Positions 18,359 to 28,736 of a stretch of 64,000 nucleotides of DNA are shown here, in pieces. The DNA is from Bacilli bacterium (GTDB lineage Bacteria > Bacillota_I > Bacilli_A > ML615J-28 > CAG-313): the NCBI GenBank assembly GCA_017501465.1, contig JAFVWY010000012.1, positions 10,191-74,190 of the forward strand, given 5' to 3'. The first letter of the stretch is position 1; every line of letters begins with the position of its first letter. A model generated the notes under the pieces. The model worked only from the letters and a program-made list of their open reading frames with translations, did not search any database and had not been told where the DNA came from. Both the position numbers and the translations under genes were made by a program.

Positions 18359-20434
18359 TTGAGGTACACGAACATGTTTAAAATTGCAATTGATGGTCCG
18401 GCTGGAAGCGGAAAAAGTACTATTTCTAAGTTATTAAGTTCTAAACTTAATTTTGAACATATTGATACAGGTGCAATGTATCGAGCTATTACTTTGAAAG
18501 CTTTAAAATTAGGTATTAATTTAGAAAATGAAGATGAATATGATTTTTTAGACGATACTATAATCGAGTTGGATCACGATAAAATTTTTCTTGATGGTGT
18601 TGATGTTTCTAAAGAAATTAGAAGTGTAGAAGTTACTACTAATGCATCGACTCCTGCAAAACTTGGTCGTGTAAGAACTTGCTTAGTTGATTTACAAAGA
18701 AAAATCGCTGCAAGCAAAAATGTTATAATGGACGGAAGAGACATTGGTACAGTAGTTTTACCAAATGCTGATCTTAAGATTTATCTAGATGCTTCATGTG
18801 AATGTCGTGCTGAAAGAAGACGTTTAGAACGTTCACTTGCTGGTGTTGAAAAGTCTTTTGAAGAAACTCTTCAAGAAATTATTGTAAGAGATCATAAAGA
18901 TTCTACAAGAGCAATTAGTCCACTTAAAGTGGCAGACGATGCTATCGTCATTGATTCTTCAAACTTAACAATTGAAGAAGTTATAAATAAAATTATTGGG
19001 TTAGTAAACGAGAGGGTTAATAAAAGTATGAGTGAAAAAGTTATTACATTTACAGAAGGTCAAGAAGTAGTTGGAACTATTATCAATGTCAGCAAAGAAG
19101 CTATTTATATTGAACTAGAAGGTGAAAATAAAGCTGTAATTTATGATAATGATATGGCTGGCTATGTTGAAGGACAAAAATTACGTGATTATTATTTTGA
19201 AGGCGGAGAATTTAAAGGATTAGTAAAACAAATTACTAAGGACAATCGTTCAAATAAACCTTTATATATTTTATCAACTAAACTTTATAAAGCTCGTGAA
19301 GAAATTAAAGTTTTTGATGAATTAAAAGAAAAAGATGAAATTATTAAAGCGAAAGTTATTCATGTAAGTAATGCCGGTTGTGATTTATTATATAAAGGAC
19401 ATGATGATATTAAAGTATTCTTACCTGCAAAAAATATTTATTTAAATGAAAAAGCTTTACACTCATTAAGAGGCGAAATGATTGATGTTGTTGTAACTAA
19501 TGTTGATCATGAACAAATCAAAGTAATCGTTTCACATTCTGCGGCTCAATCAAAAATAAGAAAAGCTGCTAAAGAAGCTGCTTACAACGCTTTACAAGTG
19601 GGAGATGTAGTTGAAGGTGTAGTTGATTCAGTTACTGATTTTGGTGCATTTGTTAAATTGGGTGAATTAACTGGTTTATTACATCGTTCTGAATTAGATC
19701 ATAAACTTGTTAGAAACGTTAGTGATCAAGTAAAAGTTGGTCAAAACATTACTGTTAAAGTAATTAAATTAGAAGAAGGTAAAATCGGTTTATCAGTTCG
19801 TGCTTTAACTCCACATCCATGGGATGTTTTAAAAGAACAATACCATGTTGGTGATGTATTTGAAGGTACTGTTGTTAAAATCATTAATGCTGGTTTAATT
19901 ATTAAATTAACTGAAGAATACTCAGGATTAATGCCAAATGTTGAATTTTCATGGCGTACAAATGAACGTATTGAAGGTAACGTAAATGAAGGCGATACTA
20001 TCAAAGTTCAAGTAATGGCTATTGATAATAATAAGAAAAAAGTTAGTTTATCACACAGAGCAACTGTTGAAAATTTATGGGCCAATATCAATATTAAACC
20101 TGGAACAGTTATTAATGTTGAAATTGCTGCTATTCAAGAAAAAGGTGCAGTTGTTAATTACGAAACTATTTCTGGTTTCTTACCTGTTAATGAAGTTACT
20201 GATGCAAAACGCATTGGTAAAGTAGATGAAGTTTATCCAGTAGGAACAAAAGTTGACGCAATCGTTTTAGAATGCGATCCAGGAAGAGCTAAACTTGTTG
20301 TAAGTGTTAAAAAATTAGAAAACCAAAAAGAACGTGCTGAATTCGACCGTTTCTTAGAAAAACAAGAAAGTGAAACTCCATCAACTACTCTTGCTGATTT
20401 ACTAGGAGAATCTTTAAAGAAATTTTCTGAATAA
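18359..20434 (+). CDS. Cytidylate kinase fused in frame to ribosomal protein S1 (Cmk::RpsA)
   Basis: N-terminal IAIDGPAGSGKST P-loop Cmk (~220 aa) continuing without stop into ~470 aa with four S1 OB-fold repeats; likely start MFKIAIDG at 18374. Confidence 0.75.
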   Translation: MRYTNMFKIAIDGPAGSGKSTISKLLSSKLNFEHIDTGAMYRAITLKALKLGINLENEDEYDFLDDTIIELDHDKIFLDGVDVSKEIRSVEVTTNASTPAKLGRVRTCLVDLQRKIAASKNVIMDGRDIGTVVLPNADLKIYLDASCECRAERRRLERSLAGVEKSFEETLQEIIVRDHKDSTRAISPLKVADDAIVIDSSNLTIEEVINKIIGLVNERVNKSMSEKVITFTEGQEVVGTIINVSKEAIYIELEGENKAVIYDNDMAGYVEGQKLRDYYFEGGEFKGLVKQITKDNRSNKPLYILSTKLYKAREEIKVFDELKEKDEIIKAKVIHVSNAGCDLLYKGHDDIKVFLPAKNIYLNEKALHSLRGEMIDVVVTNVDHEQIKVIVSHSAAQSKIRKAAKEAAYNALQVGDVVEGVVDSVTDFGAFVKLGELTGLLHRSELDHKLVRNVSDQVKVGQNITVKVIKLEEGKIGLSVRALTPHPWDVLKEQYHVGDVFEGTVVKIINAGLIIKLTEEYSGLMPNVEFSWRTNERIEGNVNEGDTIKVQVMAIDNNKKKVSLSHRATVENLWANINIKPGTVINVEIAAIQEKGAVVNYETISGFLPVNEVTDAKRIGKVDEVYPVGTKVDAIVLECDPGRAKLVVSVKKLENQKERAEFDRFLEKQESETPSTTLADLLGESLKKFSE

Positions 20435-20448
20435 TTTGTAAGTAAAAA

Positions 20449-20478
20449 AAGATTTATCCTTAAAGGGTAAATCTTTTC
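20449..20478 (+). terminator. Terminator hairpin after cmk::rpsA
   Basis: AAGATTTATCCTTAAAGGGTAAATCTTTT. Confidence 0.5.
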
Positions 20479-20497
20479 AATTTATAGGAGGTATACT

Positions 20498-21808
20498 ATG
20501 AACCGTGGTGTTGTTGCGATAGTAGGAAGACCAAATGTAGGTAAATCTAGTATCTTTAATCGTTTAGTAGAAGAAAAAGCCGCGATTACTGATGATCAAA
20601 GTGGTATTACAAGGGACCGATTATATGGTAAATGCGAATGGCTTGATCAAACTTTTTCAGTAATTGATACTGGTGGTATTGAAATTAAAGATGTTCCATT
20701 TATGGATGAAATCATTGCTCAAGCAGAACTTGCAATGGATGAAGCCGACTTAATTGTCTTTGTAGTAGATGGTAGAGTAGGAATTACAAACCAAGACCAA
20801 GATGTTATGAATATCTTACATCGAACTAAAAAGCCTGTAATTGTTGCTGCTAATAAGATAGATGATTTTAATTTAAAAGATAACATTTATGACTTTTATA
20901 ATTTTGGTGTGGAAGAAGTTTTCCCGGTTAGTGCAATTCATGGCATTGGTTTTGGTGATATGTTAGATAAAATTGTTTCACTTTTGCCTGAAAAGAAAGA
21001 AAAAAGCAATGCTGATGCAATTGAATTTTGTATTATTGGACAACCAAATGTCGGTAAAAGCTCTTTGACTAATGCTATTTTAGGAACAGAAAGAGTAATT
21101 GTTAGTGATATTGCCGGAACTACTAGAGATGCAATTGATACACCATTTGTTCGCGACGGTAAAAATTATGTTGTAATTGATACCGCTGGTATTAGAAAAC
21201 AAGGTAAAGTTTATGAAAATGCAGAAAAATATAGTTTTTTACGAGCAATAAAAGCAGTTGAAAGAGCTAGTATTACTTTACTTGTGTTGGATGGGTCAAA
21301 AACAATTGAAGAACAAGATAAAAGAATAGCGGGATACCCAATAGAAGCTAATTGTGGTGTCATCATTGTTGTTAATAAATGGGATTTAGTTGAAAAAGAT
21401 AATAAAACAATGAATCAATATATTGAAAAAATTCGAAGTCACTTCCAATATTTATCATATGCGCCTATCGTATTCTTATCGGCTTTAAAGAAAGAAAGAA
21501 TACATACTTTATTTGAAGAAATAAATAAAGTATATGAAAATTATACTAGAAGAATACCTACTAACGTAATTAATGACGTAGTATTGGATGCCACTATGTT
21601 ATTACCGGCTTCAATGTTTAATGGAGGCACATTAAAAGTTAACTATGTTTCTCAAGTATCGACTGCCCCTCCAACTTTTGTATTATTTGTAAATGATGGA
21701 AAATATTTACATTTTTCATATCAAAGATATATTGAAAATCAAATTAGAAAGAATTTCTTATTTGATGGTTCGCCAATAAAATTAATTTTTAGAAAGAAAG
21801 AAATGTAA
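20498..21808 (+). CDS. der: GTPase Der (EngA), tandem GTPase domains plus KH-like
   Basis: Two G-domains: GRPNVGKSS and GQPNVGKSS P-loops. Confidence 0.95.
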   Translation: MNRGVVAIVGRPNVGKSSIFNRLVEEKAAITDDQSGITRDRLYGKCEWLDQTFSVIDTGGIEIKDVPFMDEIIAQAELAMDEADLIVFVVDGRVGITNQDQDVMNILHRTKKPVIVAANKIDDFNLKDNIYDFYNFGVEEVFPVSAIHGIGFGDMLDKIVSLLPEKKEKSNADAIEFCIIGQPNVGKSSLTNAILGTERVIVSDIAGTTRDAIDTPFVRDGKNYVVIDTAGIRKQGKVYENAEKYSFLRAIKAVERASITLLVLDGSKTIEEQDKRIAGYPIEANCGVIIVVNKWDLVEKDNKTMNQYIEKIRSHFQYLSYAPIVFLSALKKERIHTLFEEINKVYENYTRRIPTNVINDVVLDATMLLPASMFNGGTLKVNYVSQVSTAPPTFVLFVNDGKYLHFSYQRYIENQIRKNFLFDGSPIKLIFRKKEM

Positions 21809-21830
21809 TCTACATTTCTTTTTTTATTAA
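21800..21830 (+). terminator. Terminator after der
   Basis: AGAAATGTAATCTACATTTCTTTTTTTAT. Confidence 0.55.
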
Positions 21831-21872
21831 CCTCAAAAGATGTTTTGCATATAATATAAGGAGAGGTGTTTT

Positions 21873-22103
21873 ATGAATAAAGTATTTGATTTTATTGCAG
21901 CAAATAATATTCAACCAGAAGAATTATTTGCGTTAGTAGAAAAAGTTCAAACAATGGACTTAAGTGATGAGGCTAGTATTAGAAGGGTGATTAAAGATGT
22001 CTCAAAACTGGCTAATAGACCAATAGATAAAAATCAGGAAAATAAAATTGTTAATGAAATTATGAAAAATGGAATTAATGAGAATATATTTGATATGTTA
22101 TAG
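21873..22103 (+). CDS. Small helical protein, possibly SpoVIF-like
   Basis: 76 aa; pattern RRVIKDVSKLANRPIDKNQENKIVNEI recalls stage VI sporulation protein F family from memory only. Confidence 0.3.
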   Translation: MNKVFDFIAANNIQPEELFALVEKVQTMDLSDEASIRRVIKDVSKLANRPIDKNQENKIVNEIMKNGINENIFDML

Positions 22104-22132
22104 GATAGTTTAATACTATCCTTTTTATTATA
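22104..22132 (+). terminator. Terminator hairpin
   Basis: GGATAGTTTAATACTATCCTTTTTATT. Confidence 0.55.
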
Positions 22133-22142
22133 TAAACAAAAT

Positions 22143-22171
22143 TTGACATAATAAGTAAAATATGGTATAAT
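22143..22171 (+). promoter_or_regulatory. Consensus SigA promoter TTGACA-17-TATAAT with TG extended -10
   Basis: TTGACA 22143-22148, TGGTATAAT 22163-22171; perfect hexamers, 17-bp spacer. Confidence 0.65.
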
Positions 22172-22229
22172 ATATTCACTAATTATAAAATTAGTAAAAG
22201 AATAATTTTAAAAAGGTGGTGTTTTTCTC

Positions 22230-23621
22230 TTGAGTCCTCTCGAGTACTTTTTAGCTGGATCTGTCGAAGCTGATCCTCTCAGTGCAACCTTAATTGGTAT
22301 CGCATTAATTTTATTGGTTTTATGTTCATCATTTTTCTCAGCTAGTGAAATGGCTTTTTCAACAGTCAACGTTGCAAGACTTAGAACATATGTTGAAGAA
22401 AAAAGAAAAGGAGCAAAACAAGCTCTTTGGATTGCTGACCATTTTGATAGAACATTAACTACAATTTTAGTTGGTAATAACCTCGTTAACATTGCAGCTA
22501 CTTCATTGGCTGGTGTGTTAATAGGAATGTATATTTTAAATCCAACAATTTCTAATATTGTTAATATTTTTGGTATGACATTAATTGTTTTAATTTTTGG
22601 TGAAATTGTGCCAAAATCTAGAGCAAAAGAAAATGCTGAAAGATTCACAATTAGATATTCTAAAATTTTATTTGTAATCATTAAAATATTGACTCCATTT
22701 GTTAAATTCTTTATGTGGTTAAATAAGATTTTAGTTAAGAAATCTAAAAATGATAACATTACTGTTACTGAATCTGAATTAGAATCAATTATTGATACAA
22801 TGGAAGAAGAAGGCGTAATCGATAGTGATGATGCTGATTTAATGCAAAGCGTATTAGATATTAGCGATCGTACTATTTATGATATTATGATTCCACGTGT
22901 TGATATTATTGCAATTGATATTGAGATGACAGTTGAAGAAATCAAAAATATTTTCTTTGAATACAAGTTTTCTCGTTTACCGGTTTATCGTGACGATAAA
23001 GACCATATTATTGGTATTTTAAGTGAACGTGACTTCTTTACTCAATTGTTACAAAATGGTGAAGAAGTAAATATTTTAGAACTTGTAACTAGACCTTTAT
23101 ATGTGTCAAAAACTATGAAAGTTGATGATTTAATTAGAAGAATGCAAATTGAAAAGAAACACTTTGCAATTGTATCTGATGAGTATGGAGGAACTAGTGG
23201 TATTGTAACCATGGAAGATGCCTTAGAAGAAATCGTTGGTGAAATTTATGATGAACATGATGATTCTGAAGATGAAGCTACTGATATTATTAAAATTGAT
23301 GATAATACTTACAACATCTCAGCTGATGTTCCATTAGATGACCTTTTCCAAACTTTAGAATTAGGTAAAGCTCCTGAATCTTCATACACTAACTTAGGTG
23401 GGTTCTTATATAGTTTAGCTGAACAAGTTCCAACTGAAGGTGAACAATTAGAATGGATAGCTAATTGTTTAGAAGAATCTGATGATGAGTTATTAGAAGA
23501 ACAAAAGAAAAACTTATTATTTACAATTTTAGAAGTAAAAGAAAGACGTATTATAAGAGTTAAACTTGAAATTTCTGATATATTAGAAGATGAAGAAGAA
23601 ACTGAATCTACTGAAGAATAA
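22230..23621 (+). CDS. HlyC/CorC (CNNM) family transporter: DUF21 TM domain, CBS pair, CorC_HlyC domain
   Basis: Four N-terminal TM helices, tandem CBS region, C-terminal transporter-associated domain and acidic tail. Confidence 0.85.
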   Translation: MSPLEYFLAGSVEADPLSATLIGIALILLVLCSSFFSASEMAFSTVNVARLRTYVEEKRKGAKQALWIADHFDRTLTTILVGNNLVNIAATSLAGVLIGMYILNPTISNIVNIFGMTLIVLIFGEIVPKSRAKENAERFTIRYSKILFVIIKILTPFVKFFMWLNKILVKKSKNDNITVTESELESIIDTMEEEGVIDSDDADLMQSVLDISDRTIYDIMIPRVDIIAIDIEMTVEEIKNIFFEYKFSRLPVYRDDKDHIIGILSERDFFTQLLQNGEEVNILELVTRPLYVSKTMKVDDLIRRMQIEKKHFAIVSDEYGGTSGIVTMEDALEEIVGEIYDEHDDSEDEATDIIKIDDNTYNISADVPLDDLFQTLELGKAPESSYTNLGGFLYSLAEQVPTEGEQLEWIANCLEESDDELLEEQKKNLLFTILEVKERRIIRVKLEISDILEDEEETESTEE

Positions 23622-23622
23622 T

Positions 23623-23655
23623 AAAGCAAAGTTTTAAACTTTGCTTTTTTTTCAC
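23623..23655 (+). terminator. Terminator after CorC-family gene
   Basis: AAGCAAAGTTTTAAACTTTGCTTTTTTTT. Confidence 0.6.
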
Positions 23656-23699
23656 TTTTTAAATCATAGTTAATATAATAATATTGATGAGGTGATAAA

Positions 23700-23984
23700 A
23701 TGGTTTTAATTATAGAACCATTAACACCAGAAAAATTAGCATATTTAAAAGATAAAGACTATTTATTAGTCAATTCTATTTGTAAAATTAATAAAAATGT
23801 TATTTATGAACTTTATTTAATAAATGATACAGTAAGTGACATTGGTATAATAAATAACACTTTAGTTTTATTTGATGAGTTATTATTAACTTTAAAAATA
23901 AATGGTGTTTATATAAAAAATATGAATATGGATAATATCAAAAAATATACTAATTATTATGGTGTAGAGGTCTATTCTTTATAG
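23700..23984 (+). CDS. Hypothetical protein (94 aa)
   Basis: ORF only; no recognisable motif. Confidence 0.3.
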   Translation: MVLIIEPLTPEKLAYLKDKDYLLVNSICKINKNVIYELYLINDTVSDIGIINNTLVLFDELLLTLKINGVYIKNMNMDNIKKYTNYYGVEVYSL

Positions 23985-24052
23985 AATAGATTAGCCTCAT
24001 TTTTTTTATTGTTTTAATTTTTTAAATTATCACGATATGATATAATATTATT

Positions 24053-24400
24053 ATGTTAACTAGGAGGAATATTATGGAATTATTACCTGCTTTATTATGT
24101 ATTGTTATTATGATGTATATTATTTATTTAGAATTTAAAAATCCTAAGTATGGAAGAGACATCTTTATTGATTTATCTATCACTATTATTGTCTTGATTG
24201 TTTCTGTTTTTAGCATTTATGAATATAAATTTGATTTTTCCAAAACAATTTGTCAATTATATATTGGTTTAATTTTAATTGGTATTTTTTATATTGGTTT
24301 GGTATATTACCACGAAAAACATCCAAAAACTAAAGTTGAAGATAAACCAGAAGAATTAACTCAAGAAGAAGTTTTAGAAGATCAAACAAATAATGATTAG
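24053..24400 (+). CDS. Hypothetical small membrane protein (3 TM, acidic C-terminal tail)
   Basis: Hydrophobic segments; RBS AGGAGGAAT upstream. Confidence 0.35.
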   Translation: MLTRRNIMELLPALLCIVIMMYIIYLEFKNPKYGRDIFIDLSITIIVLIVSVFSIYEYKFDFSKTICQLYIGLILIGIFYIGLVYYHEKHPKTKVEDKPEELTQEEVLEDQTNND

Positions 24401-24420
24401 TACTAAGAAAGAGGCTCTTA

Positions 24421-26250
24421 ATGGGAATTAATTATAAAGAATTAAAAGAAAGACAAAAAAAAGTAAGAAACTTTTCCATAATAGCTCATATTGATCATGG
24501 AAAAAGTACGCTTGCTGATAGAATTTTAGAATTTACAAAAGCTTTGGATGTAAGAGAAATGAAAGAACAAATTCTAGATTCAATGGATTTGGAAAGAGAA
24601 AGAGGAATCACTATTAAATTAAATGCAGTAGAATTAAACTATAAAGCATTGGATGGTGAAGAATATATTTTACACTTGATAGACACTCCGGGACATGTAG
24701 ATTTTACTTATGAAGTTTCTAGAAGTTTAGCATCATGTGAGGGCGCTATTTTAGTGGTTGATGCTGCTCAAGGAATTGAAGCGCAAACACTTGCTAATGT
24801 TTATTTAGCGGTTGATAATAATTTAGAAATTTTACCAGTTATTAATAAAATTGATTTACCAAGTGCTGACCCTGAAAGGGTACGTAAAGAAATTGAAGAT
24901 GTTATAGGAATTGATGCAAGTGAAGCTGTTTTAGCTAGTGCTAAAGAAGGTGTGGGTATTCAAGAAATACTTGAACAAGTAGTTGAAAAAGTACCAGCAC
25001 CAAATGGTGACGTTGATGGACCAGTTTCTGCTATGATTTTCGATTCTTTTTATGATTCATATCGTGGTGTAGTAGTGTCAGTTAGAGTTTTTAATGGGAC
25101 TATTAAAAAAGGCGACCATATCAAAATGATTGCTACTAATGCTGTTTATGAAGTTTTAGAACTTGGTGTTTATTCTCCTAAAGAAAAGAAAAAAGATTAT
25201 CTAACTGCAGGGGATGTAGGTTTTATTGCCGGATCTATTAAAGATGTAGTTGATGTTAGAGTTGGGGATACTGTTACTACAGTGGAAAATGAAGTTAAAA
25301 CTCCGTTGCCTGGTTTTAGAAATTTAAATTCAATGGTTTTTTGTGGTATTTACCCTATTGAAAGTAGTAAATATGATGAATTAAAAGAAGCTTTGGCTAA
25401 ACTTAAACTAAATGATGCGTCTTTAACTTATGAACCAGAGACATCCCAAGCCTTAGGTCATGGGTTTCGTGTTGGTTTTTTAGGCTTGTTACATATGGAT
25501 GTAATTCAAGAAAGAATAGAAAGAGAATTTAAAATTGAAATTATTGCAACAGCACCAAGTGTAGATTATCATGTAATTTTAACTAATGGTGAAATGGTAA
25601 AAGTTGATAACCCTGCATTAATGCCAGATGCTACCTTGATTAAGGCTATTGAAGAACCAATTGTTAATGCGACAATTATGGTTCCTAATGATTATGTTGG
25701 CTCTATTATGGAAATTTGCCAAAATAAACGAGGAACATTTGTTGATATGAAATATATTGATGATACAAGGGTTTCTCTTGCATATAAAATGCCACTATCT
25801 GAAATAGTTTACGATTTCTTTAATCGTTTAAAATCAACTTCACGTGGTTATGCCTCACTTGATTATGAACTTGGTGGCTATCAAGAAGCTAAACTTGTAA
25901 AATTAGATATTTTAGTTAATGGTGATAAAGTAGATGCTCTAAGTACCATTGTTCATAAGGATTTTGCTTATAAAAAAGGACGTGGCTTAACTCAAAAATT
26001 AAGAAAAGCTATTTCTAGACAAATGTTTGAAATTCCAATTCAAGCTGCTGTTGGTGGTAAAATTATTGCACGTGAAAATATTGCAGCTTTAAGAAAAGAT
26101 GTTTTAGCAAAATGTTATGGTGGGGATGTTAGCAGAAAGAAGAAATTGTTAGAAAAACAAAAAGAAGGTAAGAAACGTATGAAGCAAGTTGGTAGTGTAG
26201 AAATTAGCCAAGATGCATTCTTAGCCGTTCTTGAAATTGATGATGAATAA
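24421..26250 (+). CDS. lepA: Elongation factor 4 (LepA)
   Basis: GTPase motifs [21 protein letters not shown]; unique LepA C-terminal domain; 609 aa. Confidence 0.95.
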   Translation: MGINYKELKERQKKVRNFSIIAHIDHGKSTLADRILEFTKALDVREMKEQILDSMDLERERGITIKLNAVELNYKALDGEEYILHLIDTPGHVDFTYEVSRSLASCEGAILVVDAAQGIEAQTLANVYLAVDNNLEILPVINKIDLPSADPERVRKEIEDVIGIDASEAVLASAKEGVGIQEILEQVVEKVPAPNGDVDGPVSAMIFDSFYDSYRGVVVSVRVFNGTIKKGDHIKMIATNAVYEVLELGVYSPKEKKKDYLTAGDVGFIAGSIKDVVDVRVGDTVTTVENEVKTPLPGFRNLNSMVFCGIYPIESSKYDELKEALAKLKLNDASLTYEPETSQALGHGFRVGFLGLLHMDVIQERIEREFKIEIIATAPSVDYHVILTNGEMVKVDNPALMPDATLIKAIEEPIVNATIMVPNDYVGSIMEICQNKRGTFVDMKYIDDTRVSLAYKMPLSEIVYDFFNRLKSTSRGYASLDYELGGYQEAKLVKLDILVNGDKVDALSTIVHKDFAYKKGRGLTQKLRKAISRQMFEIPIQAAVGGKIIARENIAALRKDVLAKCYGGDVSRKKKLLEKQKEGKKRMKQVGSVEISQDAFLAVLEIDDE

Positions 26251-27367
26251 AGGACTTTATATTCACATTCCTTTTTGTAATAAAATTTGTTCATATTGTG
26301 ATTTTACGAAAAGAGTATCCAATAAATATATTAAAGCAAAATATGTTGATGCTTTATTAAAAGAATTAGAATTATATAAAGAACTAAATTTTGATTTTAA
26401 TTGCCTAAAAACAATTTACATAGGGGGAGGAACCCCTTCATCATTGGATTTCAATTTATTAAAAAAAATATTTGTTTTTTTAAGTTCGTTAATTGATTTT
26501 AAAAAAATAGAAGAGTTTAATTTTGAAATTAATCCTGAAGACTTAAATAATGAATTAATTGATTTATTGTCTTCATATAATGTTAATAGAGTAAGTATAG
26601 GGATTCAAACTCTAAATAAAGACCTATTGAAACTACTTAATAGAAATTTTGATTTCGCTAAGTTTAAAGATAGTTTAAAGTATTTGAAAAATAAAATTTG
26701 TCATGTCAATATTGATTTGATGTATGCAATACCAGGACAAACTATTCAAGATTTAGAAACTACCATTAACGAAGTATTAAGTTGGGGAATAGATCATGTT
26801 TCACTTTATAGTCTAATTTTAGAAGATAAAACTGTCTTTCATCATTTATTCCAAAATGGTAAAATTTCTTTAGTTGATGAAGAATTAGAACTAGAAATGG
26901 TTGACAAAATTAACAAGCTATTATTTCCTAATTTTAAGAAATATGAAGTCAGTAATTATGCGTTAAATGGTGCTGTTTCAAAACATAATTTATTATATTG
27001 GAAAAATGAAAAATATCTAGGAGTTGGGATTTCGTCAGCTAGCTACTTAGATAACTATAGATATACAAATACAAATGATTTAAAAGAGTATTTTTCATTA
27101 ATTGAAAAGAATGTTTTACCAATTACTGAAATTGAACAACTTGAATTAATTGATGAGAAAAAGTATCACTTAATTTTAGGATTTAGATTAATTGAAGGTA
27201 TTGATGTTAATGATTATTATGAAAGATTTAACAATAATATTTTTGATGACTTTCCTAAGTTATATGATTTCATAGAACATGGTTATATGATGTTTATTGA
27301 CAACAAAATTTTTATTAATCAAGAATATTTCTATGTAATGAATCACTTACTTGAACAATTAATTTAA
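26231..27367 (+). CDS. hemW: Radical SAM haem chaperone HemW (HemN-like, oxygen-independent coproporphyrinogen oxidase family)
   Basis: [10 protein letters not shown] radical-SAM motif; lepA-hemN/hemW synteny. Confidence 0.85.
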   Translation: MKLMMNKGLYIHIPFCNKICSYCDFTKRVSNKYIKAKYVDALLKELELYKELNFDFNCLKTIYIGGGTPSSLDFNLLKKIFVFLSSLIDFKKIEEFNFEINPEDLNNELIDLLSSYNVNRVSIGIQTLNKDLLKLLNRNFDFAKFKDSLKYLKNKICHVNIDLMYAIPGQTIQDLETTINEVLSWGIDHVSLYSLILEDKTVFHHLFQNGKISLVDEELELEMVDKINKLLFPNFKKYEVSNYALNGAVSKHNLLYWKNEKYLGVGISSASYLDNYRYTNTNDLKEYFSLIEKNVLPITEIEQLELIDEKKYHLILGFRLIEGIDVNDYYERFNNNIFDDFPKLYDFIEHGYMMFIDNKIFINQEYFYVMNHLLEQLI

Positions 27368-27379
27368 GGATTTGATGTT

Positions 27380-27826
27380 TTGAATAAGGGGATAAAAATA
27401 CTATTTTTGATTTCTTTGATGGGGTTTATTCTAGGGATATTGCAGACACTAGGAATTAAAAAAGAAGAAATTGATTTTGTTTTAGATTTAGATAAAAATA
27501 AAATAAAAGTATTAATAAATACTTTTACTATTAATTATTGGTATATATTTTTACTATGGTTATTTTCTCAGTTAGATCTAGGTAAGTTTTTTGCCTTTAT
27601 AATTATCTTTTTAAAATGTACTTTACTTGGAATTACTTTGTCTTTATTAATAAAAAGTCAGGCTTTATTTGGCTTAGGAACTTATTTGTTTTGTATGTTT
27701 GGGCAATTTATGATTATTTTGCCATTAATGTTTTACATTGTTTTAAATCATGGAAAAAAAGAAAAAAAGTTAATTATTAGTACGATTGTGATAATGATTT
27801 ATAGTATATTAAATTCATTGATATAG
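27380..27826 (+). CDS. Integral membrane protein (4-5 TM); possibly SpoIIM/DUF95-like
   Basis: Hydrophobicity only; TTG start; sits upstream of xerD where spoIIM lies in Bacillus. Confidence 0.3.
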   Translation: MNKGIKILFLISLMGFILGILQTLGIKKEEIDFVLDLDKNKIKVLINTFTINYWYIFLLWLFSQLDLGKFFAFIIIFLKCTLLGITLSLLIKSQALFGLGTYLFCMFGQFMIILPLMFYIVLNHGKKEKKLIISTIVIMIYSILNSLI

Positions 27827-27834
27827 GAGAAGTT

Positions 27835-28734
27835 ATGGAACATCTTATTAAAGAATATCAGTATTACTTACAAAGTGTTAAAATGATGAGTCAAAATAGT
27901 ATCCTATCATATATTAATGATGTTACTAACTATTTGAATTTCTTAATATCTAAATATCAAGTAGATGATATGGAAGATGTCGGCAGTGAAGAAATAAGAA
28001 GCTATCTTGCAAGCCTTAAGAAGAAAAAAATGTCTTCAGCTTCGATGAGTAGAAATTTATGTAGTGTTAAATCGTTTCATCGGTTTTTATATGAAGAACA
28101 GTATACGAAGAAAAATGTTTCTAAAGAAATTGCTGCTCCTAAAATGGAAAAAAAATTACCAACTGTTTTATCGGTTGATGAGGTCACTAAACTTTTAGAT
28201 ATTGTCCAAGGAGATAAACCTTTAGATAAAAGAAATCAGGCAATGTTAGAAATGATTTATGCAACAGGGCTACGTGTAAGTGAATTGTGTAATATTAAAA
28301 TTACTGATTTAAGATTTACATCCAAACAAATAAGAATATTTGGCAAAGGATCTAAAGAAAGAATAGTACCTATTAATGATTTTGCTTTAAAAAAGATTAG
28401 AACCTATATGTTAGAAGCTAGACCGATTTTGTTGGGAACAAAAAAAGATCAAGGTTTTCTATTCTTAAATAATCATGGTGAAGTAATTACTAGAGTTGGT
28501 TTTTTTAAAATTTTAAAAACTTTGTGTAGTGAAGCAGGAATTGAAAAAAATGTTTCTCCACATACCTTAAGACATTCTTATGCTACGCACTTATTAGAAG
28601 CAGGTGTAGATATTCGTTTGATTCAAGAGATGCTAGGACATGAAGATATTGCTACTACACAAATTTATACTCATTTGAGTTTAAATAAAATTAAGGAAGT
28701 CTATGGAATGGCTCATCCTAGACAGAAAGAGTAA
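27835..28734 (+). CDS. xerD: Tyrosine recombinase XerD (RipX-like)
   Basis: C-terminal catalytic box HTLRHSYATHLLEAGVDIRLIQEMLGHEDIATTQIYTH with R..HxxR..Y; N-terminal SAM-like core-binding domain; xerD-deoB synteny. Confidence 0.85.
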   Translation: MEHLIKEYQYYLQSVKMMSQNSILSYINDVTNYLNFLISKYQVDDMEDVGSEEIRSYLASLKKKKMSSASMSRNLCSVKSFHRFLYEEQYTKKNVSKEIAAPKMEKKLPTVLSVDEVTKLLDIVQGDKPLDKRNQAMLEMIYATGLRVSELCNIKITDLRFTSKQIRIFGKGSKERIVPINDFALKKIRTYMLEARPILLGTKKDQGFLFLNNHGEVITRVGFFKILKTLCSEAGIEKNVSPHTLRHSYATHLLEAGVDIRLIQEMLGHEDIATTQIYTHLSLNKIKEVYGMAHPRQKE

Positions 28735-28736
28735 AT

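Noticed and set aside
19741-20225. ORFs 19741-20004 (-) and 20022-20225 (+) inside the S1 part of cmk::rpsA
   Set aside because: Antisense or alternative frame of a conserved S1-domain gene.
22208-23629. Minus-strand ORFs 22208-22759 and 23309-23629 opposite the CorC/CNNM gene
   Set aside because: Antisense shadows; the plus-strand gene has a consensus promoter, RBS and terminator.
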